64,000 bases of DNA from Octopus sinensis (Eukaryota): positions 122,202,001 through 122,266,000 of the forward strand of contig NC_043000.1 of NCBI RefSeq assembly GCF_006345805.1, given 5' to 3'. A program made the translations under genes and the position numbers. Positions 13,097 through 25,220 of this stretch are shown here, in pieces (position 1 is the first letter of the stretch; the number at the start of each line of letters is the position of its first letter). Under the pieces are notes generated by a model. That model was not told the DNA's origin. It ran no database searches and was given only the letters and a program-made list of their open reading frames with translations.

Positions 13097-13329
13097 TCTC
13101 TTTTTACTCTTTACTCTTTTACTTGTTTTAGTCATTTGTCTGCGGCCATACTGGAACACCGCCTTTAGTCGAGCAAATCGATCCCAGGACTTAGTCTTCG
13201 TAAGCCTAGTACTTGTTCTATCAGTCTGTTTCGCCGAACCGCTAAGTTACGGGGACGTAAACACACCACCTTTGGTTGTCAAGCGATGTTGGGGAGACAA
13301 ACACAGACACACAAACATATACAGAAATG

Positions 13330-13385
<56 letters not shown>

Positions 13386-13487
13386 CATATTTACGAGAGG
13401 CTTCTTTCAGTTTCCGTCTAACAAATCCACTCACAAATCTTTGGTCGGCCCGAGGCTATAGTAGAAGACACTTGCCCCAGGTGCCAC
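13097..13487 (-). mobile_element. Family-A SINE lacking the tRNA-like head
   Basis: Reverse-complement body and tail, ending at CTTGCCCCAGGTGCCAC. Confidence 0.85.
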
Positions 13488-13829
13488 ACATGTATCTACG
13501 AACAAAACATGGAAGTTTTGGCCCAGCGAGGGACTGACATCCATTTCGAGGAAAGGCAACCTCGTACTATGAATAGTATAAATACTACGGAAACCTAGAA
13601 AGCTTTAGTCTAGTTAACTTGTAGGACCAAAGCAGACTTTGTGATAGTACTAATTCAATCGTCACATCAGCCCCAGTTTTTTAGCTTCCTTGAAAACTGA
13701 ATCCCTAAATAATTTCTGCCCGATGATTTTATCAAAATATCGAGCTTGTCACTTTTCTTGACTCTGATAATTATTGATAACAATCAATACCTGACCAAAG
13801 TTGAAGTGTATGGATCTGAGCTGGTTTCA

Positions 13830-14145
13830 ACGATTCGTATTCAGCTGTTCGATGAACTGAACGACCTACTTAGCGCATCAGCATGTGACTGGATCTTCCA
13901 CTGTGTCGTGTAATCATAACGTAAATCTCGAGCAGATCTAGTGTAACAGAGTCCACGATAAGGCTGAACGTTTGAATTACAGTTACAATCCACAGGATGG
14001 GCTTCTGCACAACTTCCGTCCGCTCAGTTTGACTCACAGAGCTTGCGTTGAACCGGGGTTATTGTCTGTGTTACTTGGATAAGTTGTCATGTTTTGGGAT
14101 CGAGCCGAAAATCTTAATATTGTGAAGTGAACTTCACAACCATTA
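13830..14145 (-). mobile_element. Old SINE with a family-A-like head and a different body
   Basis: Minus strand ..CAAGCTCTGTGAGTCAAACTGAGCGGACGGAAGTTGTGCAGAAGCCCATC parallels the family-A 5' half; strongly diverged. Confidence 0.5.
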
Positions 14146-14173
14146 GTCAACAATACGACATCAAACATCTAAT

Positions 14174-14413
14174 TTCCCATAACGTAGTAGTTCGGCAAAA
14201 GAGACCGATAGAATAAGCACTATGCTTACAAAGAATAAGTCCTGAGCTCGACTTGTTCGTCTAAAGACGGTGCCCCAGCATGGCCGTAGTCAATTGACTG
14301 AAACGAGTAAAAGAATAATAGAATAAAAGTAAAAATGAATTGATATTCTTAGATTTATGAAAGGCGAAGTGCAACTAGTAAATTACATGGTACCATTTTC
14401 TTCTTAATAATGC
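14174..14413 (+). mobile_element. Family-A SINE 3' half plus flank (duplicate of 11925-12163)
   Basis: Same variants (AAGCACTATGCTT, GCCCCAGC, GTCAATTGACT) and same downstream flank as 11925-12163. Confidence 0.75.
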
Positions 14414-14744
14414 ATACTATTTCTCCTTCGTTTAGGAGACAAATTAAATCAATTACACATATATATATCTCACTTGGTTTTACTTCATAACAGCACGAGG
14501 TATGAATTTATTAATAAGAAACCGCACAATATCTGAAGTAAAATTCTTGCATCTTATAATCACAGTATTCAGTAAATGTACTCATTTTGTGTTGTCCGAA
14601 ACGTGATGACCTCCCATACGGTCGGTGCATACACACATCCAATAGTTCTCCTACGAACGTTTATTCGCCTTACATAATTCGTATTCTCTTACATAACACT
14701 CAGTTCTGAAGGGTTATATTTTGCGCTGAAAAATTTTCTCATAG

Positions 14745-14809
14745 GTTGATGCTGGATCATCGATGAAAATTGTTCGGATAAAAACAAAAGCATCACTGAT
14801 TATCGAACA
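14745..14809 (+). other. Candidate internal exon (65 bp), product unknown
   Basis: Acceptor AATTTTCTCATAG|G and donor ACA|GTATGT; the phase-0 frame VDAGSSMKIVRIKTKASLIIE is open and phase-compatible with 12596-12707. Confidence 0.33.
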
Positions 14810-15059
14810 GTATGTTTTAACAAACACTAACTAGAACTTGTCTTATGAAATGAGAAAGTGTTTTGTCATAACATAGTATGTTTGGGAAGTATGTATTTAG
14901 TTATATATACTTGGGAATAAACAAGATACAGCAAACAATTGGAAGATAAAATAACAAGTATAACTATGTTTTTCAGATTTAACGTGTCAATTGTCCGTTA
15001 TATGTAATGCCACCATGAATTATATTTTCCATTTGCATAAATAAGACATAAATAATACG

Positions 15060-15250
15060 CTGTGCCGCATCTGGAATAGAGTGGATGAAACCTTTGTCCA
15101 TATCAGGAACGAATGGCCTACGCTTGCCCAAAATTACTTCAAGATGTGACGGCACGACCAGGTAGCTAGGGAGAGAGGCAAGACGTGGTATGAGCAAAAA
15201 ACGCAAAGTGCGGCAGAGCCGGAGACTATAAATAACCATCGGCAGATATA
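15060..15250 (+). mobile_element. R4/Dong-clade LINE relic (CCHC knuckle and RHD motif)
   Basis: LCRIWNRVDETFVHIRNEWPTLAQNYFKM*RHDQVAR. Confidence 0.65.
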
Positions 15251-15257
15251 GAATGAC

Positions 15258-15721
15258 TTTACCTACCAAGAAAAGAGGGTAGCCGTGAACTGCAATTAAT
15301 AATGGAGATTGCCACAACTGTCCTAGACACCTCTCTGAAAAACTTTGTTGACTGCATGTTAAAACATGTCTCAAAGCATGAAAACAAGAAAACACCATAC
15401 TCAGTAACCAAACAGGCAAAGGAATATCCAAGTGAATTCCAAATACAACAAATTAGACATGCTAGAAACAAGCGCAGAAAAAGCTAAGAGTTTGAAAACC
15501 CGCATAAAGCTGATAAATGGTATGAAAAAACTTTCAGTCGCAAATACCCAAAGAGAGCTAATAGTACCGATGTTGATAAAGCCCTTACCCATCAATGGTT
15601 AGTGTCTTCTGGCTTAAAATCAGAAACACAAGGGTTTATCATAGCAGTCCAAGATCAATGCCTACCTACAAGATAGTACCAGACCAACATATTAAAGAAC
15701 GGCAGTAGCCCAACATGCCGT
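15258..15721 (+). mobile_element. R4/Dong-clade LINE relic (post-RT region)
   Basis: Begins with a YLPRK-like motif; ends DVDKALTHQWLVSSGLKSETQGFIIAVQDQCLPTR*YQTNILKNGSSPTCR. Confidence 0.85.
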
Positions 15722-16396
15722 GATTCATACCTAGCTCAGATACTAGGAAAGACCAACATAGGAGAAATTCCAAAGATAGTGCTCATGTCAATTTACCCGT
15801 CGTGCTAACGATTCTTCATTCGCTGCCTTATTCCCACTGTAAGATATTATCTGCTGATATCTTATATTGGCTGACAATATAAGATATAAGTATCTGTCGT
15901 ATCCATATTTCTCTTCCAAATTAGTTGTAATTGTTCTCTACAGCGAGCTCAGAGCGTATTCATTTTTTGGTTTTTGGTTTGCATATCAAAAGAAAATAAA
16001 CTTTACGTATTATTCAATTCTAAGAATTATAACAGAAAAAATACCTCACTACCACTGACAACGTTTGTAAAGATGAAATTGCCTCATTAAAATACTGTAT
16101 AATACGACAGAACGCTTACATCTTTGAAATATTAAATTTGTATTTACAATATAAGAATAATTTCGAATCGGTTCATCTGAAATTTCGAAACCTCACTTTT
16201 AAAATCTCATTATGGCTGTCATAAATTTCGTTGAAGTTACACACATAATTATGAATATATGCACACGGAAACATAGGCATACATATATTCATAAACATTC
16301 ATGCATGCAGACAAGCACTCACACACACATATACATACATATACACATACATAGATAAACACATACATAGATAAGTAGATACATATATACATATAA

Positions 16397-16508
<112 letters not shown>

Positions 16509-16559
16509 AAATTTATATTAATAATGATGAAATCGATTTTTAAATACCGATCTTATTAT

Positions 16560-16739
16560 AATTTTGGGTATCTAAGAGATACCACCGCGCTGGAAATAGC
16601 AGTCAAAACTTGAATCTAAAACCATATTAAATGTTCATACAGCACCAGGACCTGGTCATCTGTGAACATTTAATATGGTTTTAGAGACAAGTTTGACTGC
16701 TATTTCCAGCGTGGTGGTATCTCTTAGCTACCCTAAATT
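16560..16739. repeat. Fold-back element: ~80-bp inverted arms with a palindromic tip
   Basis: Arms 16560-16642 and 16660-16739, roughly 90% identical; loop contains ACCAGG-A-CCTGGT; (TA)n starts 3 nt after the right arm. Confidence 0.9.
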
Positions 16740-16742
16740 GTC

Positions 16743-16773
<31 letters not shown>

Positions 16774-17109
16774 AGTACACATGTTGTTAAAAGTGATTAA
16801 AGGTGAAAGTGGGCCCTAGTATTATTAGAAATAAGAGCTAAAGCAACTCTTAGCCAGAAACAGAGTAGTTTCTGTTACAAAAGCACTTATCCATTGACTG
16901 GCAAGGGAGACAAGCTCCCTAAGGAAGTGAGGGTGCCATATAACAATGATTTCGGATTAAATTTATTCTCATCGTTGACACTACTCCTTTCCCCAAGGTT
17001 AAAGATAACCCGCCTTGCCAGTTTATAGAAAATACAATCCGGATCATTTGCTGATTCAGTGAAATGTATTTACTCTATTGATTGATTCAGTAAAATGGAT
17101 CTACTGTAT

Positions 17110-17530
17110 TGACTGTTTTCCAGTCAAGTGTTTCTTTTCAATTCGAGCAACACGTGATAGTCAGATGGATTCAAATCAGGAGAATGAGGGACGTAATCAA
17201 CAAGTTCAAAACCATTGTCATGTACTGCAGCTACTGAAACCAAGGTTTTGTGTGCTGGCGCATTGTTCTGATAAAACAAGACCCCTTTCGTTACATTTCT
17301 TAAATATTTTGTCTTGATAATTTTTCGTAACCGCCTCAGCAATTTGCTATAATACTCTCCCTTGATGGTGTTGTCCTCTTGAAGCTAATCAATAAAAGCA
17401 ATGCCTTTTGCATCCCAAAAGTCTTAAGCTATCATCTTCCCTGTTGATAAAACAACGTAGGCCTTGTTTTCTTTGGAGCAGTTGAGGTGAGGTGTTCCAC
17501 TGCATGGAATACTTCTTTCAACTATTGGAA
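17110..17530 (-). mobile_element. Mariner (Tc1/mariner, DD34D) transposase pseudogene fragment
   Basis: GKMIA*DFWDAKGIAFID*LQ..TIKGEYY, then VLFYQNNAPAHK..DYVPHSPDLNPSDYHVL (consensus HDNAPAH and PPYSPDLAPSDYHLF). Confidence 0.9.
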
Positions 17531-17743
17531 TTGCGTTCCTGTAGCACTCGCCTTAAAATATTCCGTCGTTCAAATCGAACTTTGTCTTTCTTTTAAGTAT
17601 GGTACATAGCCTATTGGACAGTTTTTGAGAAACCGGTACGTTGGGGTAAGGGTACAAACAAAAGTTTTTGTCTTGTATTCTAAGATACACAAAGAAGCTC
17701 CATCTATACACATACAGGCATATACAAAAGCCTATGTCTGTAC

Positions 17744-17785
<42 letters not shown>

Positions 17786-18235
17786 TTATCTACGTTTGTG
17801 TGCATGTGTATACACACACACACATTTATATATATATATACATACGAGGAAAATGCCCCCCCTCCAATGGACAGTGCTGAGTTGTGAAACATTTAAACCA
17901 AATTTTCTCAAATTTGTCCGACCGTCTTTGAGAAACACTGATTTAACCTAAATTTGAGACACCAGCAAATGAAGAAATAAATTTAGACATTGTTTCTATT
18001 CCAAAGAATGTTTTATCGATCGCATTCTCACCTGGAATCGATTTTTGTAATTTTTTCAAGACTTATACATGCTCTGATACCGTCGGTATCTACATATCAA
18101 ATATGAGCGCAATAGGATGGAGGATACCCGAGATCCTAGAACACACACACAGATAGACAGAACGATTTTATATAATACATATATATATACATACATACAT
18201 ACATACATACATACATACATACATACATACATACA

Positions 18236-18269
<34 letters not shown>

Positions 18270-19274
18270 CATACATATGTGTGTGTGTGTGTGTTTGTGT
18301 AAGTATGTATTGATGTGCATGGTTGTGTATCTCAGTTTTGAATTATTATTCACAGACACAATTCTACATCAGCAAGTGTGTGTGTGCGATATTTACTTAA
18401 AGATTTGCCAGTCTGCTGGGGTTGTATACACAACAAAGCAAATATCTCGATGTCTGACTCCGTGTATTTTATGTATGTTACGACGTCATTGAAATCTATA
18501 TGTTTTTTTGTACAATAACCTATGTGAACGTGTGTCTTTTATCTGTCAAGGGTAAGTGAGTGAATTGTTGAATGACTAAACATTATTTAGCAAAGCCTGA
18601 TGCATAAGCTGGTAATAAAGACCATCTGTTTCCTGTCACCAGTTGTTATCATGTTCTACACTGATTAATAATAGTGTTGCTAGACGAGAAACTAAGCGCA
18701 ATGTCCATTAATGTCACGTGTACAGTATAATTTTTACCTTAGTTACTTAACACGTCCCGCTAATATAGATTTATTCTCTTAGCAAGAGATCTTCTCGTAT
18801 GATTATTATCATTTTATTGTTAATAACTTATCCTGTATGGGTAATCATTGTATCGACATGCGTTTTGACTTCCACAACAGCATTAGCATTGGGAATATCT
18901 TTAATTCCCCTGCGCCATCACATGATAAATTTTGTCAGGAAAGTAAGGGTAGGCATTAGAAATGAATCTAGTTGATTCAATGCATATAATAACGATAAAT
19001 ATAATAATATTGGTGATGCTATCGTTAATGGTGGAGGTGATTTCAAATATGGAGCAAGCCAGCCCTTTTTAGGGAATGATTTGTATGGAAACCATTAACT
19101 TTGTATTTGATGTGTATTTGTTTGATTGATCTTGCAAGAATAAACGGCAAAGCTGGCCTCGGATGGATTGCAAGTCACAATGTCATGAGCTGGAAGAAAC
19201 TCCGGAAATTACTATTTTTGATGTCGACTCGATTCTGCTAAGTCGGAGGCACATGACCTGGGATTTTGGGATAG

Positions 19275-19425
19275 CCGGCGGTGGACGGCAGTCGATGACA
19301 CTGACCCAAGTACTCAACTATTACTTGTTTCATCTTGCAACGATGAAAGGCAAAGTAAAATTTGTTGGAACGTAAGTCCGGATGATATGTCACTAAGCAT
19401 TTTATTCGGCGAGCCAATTGCTGTC
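19275..19425 (-). mobile_element. Diverged family-B SINE
   Basis: GATGAAAGGCAAAG..AACGTAAG..CTAAGCATTT reverse-complement motifs. Confidence 0.5.
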
Positions 19426-19518
19426 CCTAAACTCTCAAAATGATAATACCAAGAATCTCAGTTCCAGAATTGTATATTAGGTTCTCATGTAGCAATCATC
19501 AATATTATTCCATTGCTT

Positions 19519-19724
19519 GGGCGGTGAGCTGGCAGAATCGTTAGCACAGCGGGAAAAACTGCTTAGCGGCATTACGTCCATCTTTACGCTCTGAGCTCAA
19601 ATTCTACAATGGACGACTTTGCCTTTCATCAATTTTGTATAGATAAAATCAGTACCATATAAACGCTGGGGTCGATGTAATCGACTTACTCCCCGCCTCT
19701 AGCCTTGTGTCAAAGTTTGAAACC
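19519..19724 (+). mobile_element. Family-B SINE
   Basis: GGCGGTGAGCTGGCAGAATCGTTAGCAC head and GGGGTCGATGTAATCGAC core. Confidence 0.8.
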
Positions 19725-19922
19725 GTTACATGCCTTCTACCAAAAACTTAAGTTTCATAAAATCGCCCAAGAATATTGAATATTAGCAGCAAACAAATGA
19801 GTCGGCATACTGAGTTACGATTTAGTAAACCATCAACTGAGCATTAGCACAGTCATTTACATTGCATGTTAGATGTGGCAGCACATTTTCATTACAATAT
19901 AAACGAAAATTATGAGATGATT

Positions 19923-20233
19923 TTTTTTATTTATTTATGCGCCCTTTTCAAGCCTAGCCAGGCTCGTGGGCCCGGTTTCCCGATATCTGTGACTTATGTG
20001 TTCCCCGCAGCTGGATGGACGACAATCCATCGCAGCGTTGCTCAAGAAACAAGAAGAGAGAGTGAGAGAAAGTTGGGGCGAAAGAGTACAACAGAGGTCA
20101 CCACCACCCCCTGCCGTGGAGCTTTAGGTGTTTTCATCCAATACACACACACAACGCCCGGTCTGGGAATCGAAACCGCAATCGTCCGGCTGCGAGTTCG
20201 CTGCCCTAACCACTGGGCCATTGCGCCTCCATA
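19923..20233 (-). mobile_element. Family-C tRNA-derived SINE with 12-bp TSD
   Basis: Minus head TGGAGGCGCAATGGCCCAGTGGTTAG..GGTTTCGATTCCC, A-rich tail; TATGAGATGATT at 19911-19922 and 20234-20245. Confidence 0.9.
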
Positions 20234-21568
20234 TATGAGATGATTAATTCTTAGATAACGAACGTCTGGAAAATTATCCGGATGGCCTCACTGGTATTTA
20301 TTTTATGACTGATTCCTTACACATCAGCACATTAATGACTGTATCATGTGTAAATTCGATTTAGCACAATGTGATTTAAGCTAATATTTCATACCATGCA
20401 TGTTTTTTAAATAACTTTGCAAACCTAAAATACAATAAGGACACTATAAAATTAAAATCATTGCCAAACTGAAAAATCTACTAACAGAGGACTAATAGTT
20501 TAATATATGCTATTCAGAGCAAGCTATTACTCTGCTCAGTAGTGTGCCTGATTTGTCTTTACTAGAAGCTTCAAATAGAAATTTATATTACTGCACTGCT
20601 AACATATAATAGCACCCCCTGCGTATTATCTGTAATAATATTTCCTTAATTCACGCATTTATCATTTGTAGCTGTTTACCTTTAATTTAAACAGTATTTG
20701 CAAAATCTTAATGCATTACACTTTGAAAACTTCACACCTCAACTTAATGTACTATTTCAAAATATTACATTATTAAACAATTGCGTTTTTATATGGAAAG
20801 ACATATATATTTCTGTACACTATCTATTTGCTTGGCAGATCATTTTAAATTAAATGCTGGTGAAACCTGTCATGAATCGCCAGCAGTGGTTGTGCGATTG
20901 CGCTTCTACACTGTAGATACATGTGAAGCAATAGCGATATTCCTTCATGTTTGATTTATGTGAAAAATGTAAAGTGGTGTCCTCAAGACGATGGATTTGT
21001 TTTCGATGCTACCAGATTTGCTTGTCTCTGTCATTTAAAGTGTCCACTTTATGCCAGAGTTAGTTTAACGTTGACCAAACACTGAACAAGACTTTAGCTA
21101 AATAGGGGTACCTACTTTTGGCGGGTCTTCAGTTTTTTATTATTTTTGGTGTGTGCAGGAGTGTGGAAAGTACCTTTGAATATGCAGTAGGCAGGTGATC
21201 TGATCACTACATAGACTCATATTTAGATAAAAATTATGTTTGAAGGTGAAAGAGCTCAAAATATCACGCCATGGTAGTTACCTGCAACTTTGCAAGGCTA
21301 CCGGAATATGTACATAGGGGCCAGGGTAATAGGAAGAAAAGTGTACACAAAAATAAAACAAATTGAGAGGGGATAAGAAAATAGTGAAGCTGGGTCAGTA
21401 AAGAATGATTAAAATAACTGTTTAATATAAACATGTTGATAAGTTAACAATAATGTTTTGTTGGGTGAGTTGTTAAAAGCGGACAAAGCAAGGGAAGTAA
21501 ATCATTGCTAATGATCTATCACGTATAGCACGGCAGTAAATTTCAGCTCAGGACAATAGGAGGATACA

Positions 21569-21792
21569 AGGCGTCGAGCTGGCAGAATCGTTTGCACGCC
21601 GGGCGAAATGCTTAGCAGAATTTCGTCTGCCGCTACGTTCTGAGTTCAAATTCTGCCGAGGTCGACTTTGCCTTTCATCCTTTCGAGGTCGATTAAATAA
21701 GTACCAGTTATGCACTGAGGCCGATATAATCCATTTGTCTGTCCTTGTTTGTCCCCTCTATGTTTGGCCCCTTATGGGTAGTAAAGAAATAG
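21569..21792 (+). mobile_element. Family-B SINE with probable 11-bp TSD
   Basis: Full copy; TAGGAGGATAC at 21557-21567 and 21796-21806. Confidence 0.9.
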
Positions 21793-22124
21793 AAGTAGGA
21801 GGATACTACGTAGAAGTATTAGGTCTATGATATAAAGATGAATAAAGGAAACAGGATGAATTGAAATTAGAATTCAGTTCTGATAATAACACAATTCAAC
21901 ACAGACTAGTGTCCTGACAAATTGTGAGACAGGCGAATTTAGTAATTGACAAGGGCTAAATGAAAAATTATTTACATATTTTAATCTAAACAGTCCAATG
22001 TATGTATTTGTTGCGGTTATAATGGCTCCATGTTTATTGGAGGAAATTTGATCGGGGTTAACTTATAAGGTTGAGCGTTGGAAGGAATTATACACACCAA
22101 TACACATACGTGTGGATAGGTATG

Positions 22125-22184
<60 letters not shown>

Positions 22185-22231
22185 GTATGTATATATGTAT
22201 GTATGTATGAATGTATATATGTATGTATGAA

Positions 22232-22267
<36 letters not shown>

Positions 22268-22355
22268 TGTATGTATGTATGTATGTATATATGCATGCAT
22301 GTATGCATGTATGCATGCATGCATGCATGCATGCCTGCATGTATGTATGTATGTA
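22125..22355. repeat. Compound (TA)n-(TATG)n-(CATG)n microsatellite
   Basis: Direct reading. Confidence 0.95.
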
Positions 22356-22645
22356 GTCTTAAACATGTAGAATGAACTGAACATTTCTCCTGTTCAATAC
22401 CGGTGTTTGAAGGTTACGTAGGAAAAGACGAACTCCGGCAGAAATATGCCACCTCATGAATAAACATATTTTCAACAAAGCACACACGCATACACATATA
22501 AGCACAATCCACCAAACACTGAAATGTCGAAAATGAAGGTAAGCAATGCAAGTGAAGGAAAGTTTAAAGGCATTTTGTTATTCACATTGCTTTGTTCATC
22601 CTGATATATAATATTTATGAATTAGTTTAGTGCTGAAACTAACGC

Positions 22646-22920
22646 TAAGAGTTGCTGGAGCATGGAACAAACTGCCAGCATCAGTTGTTAGTTGTCGGAG
22701 CACTGCATCGTTCTAAACTTCCATGCTTCCTGAGATTCGCCAACACTACACCTGATTTTCTCCCCTCCATACACACGCAAGCATGTATCTGACTCATACA
22801 CTGTTCACTTTCCAGACATTTGTACATTACTGCATATGCTTTATACGCACTTTTGACAAGTCGTGGTTCACCTGAGCACTGTATACAATAATTTCATTAT
22901 TATTATTATTATTATTATTA
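22646..22920 (+). mobile_element. CR1-like LINE 3' end with (ATT)n tail
   Basis: LRVAGAWNKLPASVVSCRSTASF* matches the CR1 ORF2 C-terminal pattern RV...WN.LP..VV...S...F; a 3' UTR and ATT tail follow. Confidence 0.75.
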
Positions 22921-23452
22921 AAGAAAGTTACGATTTCAATCACTTTTAGATAAGGAACTTTCTTAAGGTATTTAGTAGTGATATCGTTCATTTATGAACA
23001 ATGGTAACTAAACTTGGGTCGGTAAATACCATAATTCTTATCTAGTTGTGGTAAATAATGAATCTGTATACCAAATAAAATATACATGAATTACAGTCAG
23101 TTTCGAAGGCGCAGCTCATCAGTAATTCAATGAATTTATAGGTGGATCTTGCTTTACCAATTAAATTAAGGACTTATTGTTGTGTTAACCTAAAAGAAAG
23201 CTTTAAAGAATTATGTAAAATTTCCCTTTTATTTAAATCCCTTTCCTACATCCCACCAACGTATTTCCAACGCAAATTGAATTTCTGTTTTGCAACCGTC
23301 TATCAACAAAATGGAAAGTTTGCCACTTAGATGCATTTAGTAAATGACATGTTTAGCCTATTTTGATTTAAGAGCCTATTTTTTGAAGGCATGAGTATAC
23401 TAGTATATCTTATGTGTGTGAATGTATGACTGTGTGCATGTATTGAACTTTG

Positions 23453-23568
23453 GAAGGGCGTAGGCTCGAAACATTAAAGACTTTTTCATTTCCCGAGAAT
23501 TATACTAATACATCTGTTTGTTTTCTGCACCACCTGTCTTCGTATTTTGCTTTCTTTGGGAATTCTCC

Positions 23569-23570
<2 letters not shown>
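23453..23570 (+). mobile_element. Unclassified repeat fragment, possibly Penelope pseudo-LTR-like
   Basis: GAAGGGCGTAGGCTCGAAACATT (short stem then GAAAC), a T-rich tract, then (TA)n; the assignment rests on style resemblance only. Confidence 0.25.
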
Positions 23571-23608
<38 letters not shown>

Positions 23609-23609
<1 letters not shown>

Positions 23610-24004
23610 GGAGTGGCTGTGTGGTAAGTAGCTTGTTTACCAACCACATGGTCCCGGATTCAGTCCCACTGCGTGGCACCTTGGGCAAGTGTCTTCTACT
23701 ATAGCCTCGGACCGACCAAAGCCTTGTGAGTAGATTTGGTAGACGGAAACTGAAAGAAGCCCATCGTATATATGTATATGTATGCGTGTGTGTGTTTGTG
23801 CGTCTGTGTTTGTCCCCCTAGCATTGCATGACAACCGATGCTGGTGTGTTTATGTCCCCGTTACTTAGCGGTTCGACAAAAGAGACCGATAGAATAAGTA
23901 CTGGGCTTACAAATGAATAAGTCCCGGGGTCGAGTTGCTCGATTAAAGGCGGTGCTCCAGCATGGCCGCAGTCAAATTACTGAAACAAGTAAAAGAGTAA
24001 AAGA

Positions 24005-24006
<2 letters not shown>
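23609..24006 (+). mobile_element. Family-A SINE
   Basis: Full copy with (TA)n on both sides. Confidence 0.9.
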
Positions 24007-24048
<42 letters not shown>

Positions 24049-24389
24049 TATATATATACATGTATGCATGTATTTATGTATGCATGTACACCATGCATTC
24101 AATTTCATTTTCCTCTTTCTTCCATTCTAACTTGACATTCTGAAAAGGAAACAGCTTCATCATGCAGCAAATGTCGAATTTATTTCATATTCAACATATT
24201 ATCACTACATATATTGTTATGTAGGTTATTCATTGTTATAGTCTATATATTACTTCATACTCATTATTCTGCTTGACAGCCACTGCGTCAATCTTCACCA
24301 GCAATCTATTTCTTTCTCCGCATTTCTACCTTTCTCTTTCACTACCTCTTTCCACCCTTGCATATACATGCGTATATATGTGTGTGTGT

Positions 24390-24452
24390 GTGTTATATAA
24401 TATGTATGTATATATATATGTTATATAATATGTATGTATATATATGCATATC

Positions 24453-24509
<57 letters not shown>

Positions 24510-24554
24510 TATATATATATATATGTATATATATATTATATATATATATATATA

Positions 24555-24623
<69 letters not shown>

Positions 24624-24753
24624 ATATATATATATATATTATATATATATATATATTATATATATATATATGTATATCGTGTATATATATATAATACTTT
24701 ATTTGTTCCACGTCCTTGCGTTGTTGTGTTTTTTTGTTTTCTTGTTTGGATTA

Positions 24754-24823
<70 letters not shown>

Positions 24824-25220
24824 CATGTATATATATATGTATATCGTGCATATATATATGTGTGTGTATATATATATGTATATCGTGTATATATATATAT
24901 GTATATCTTGTATATATATATATATATACATATATGTATATATATATGTATATATATATGCACGATATGCATATATATATATATACATACATATTATATA
25001 ACATATATTTTATATATATATATGCACGATATGCATGTATATATACATAAATATTATATAACATATATATTTATATATATATATATATATCCACGATATG
25101 CATATATATATACATATATATTATATAACATATATATTTATATATATATATATATATGCACGATATGCATATATATATACATACATATTATATAACATAT
25201 ATATATATATATATATATAC
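24390..25220. repeat. ~830-bp complex (TA)n array with higher-order GCACGATATGC units
   Basis: Repeated ATATGCACGATATGCATATAT..CATACATATTATATAACA units, some in the opposite orientation; unique insert at about 24690-24757. Confidence 0.9.
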
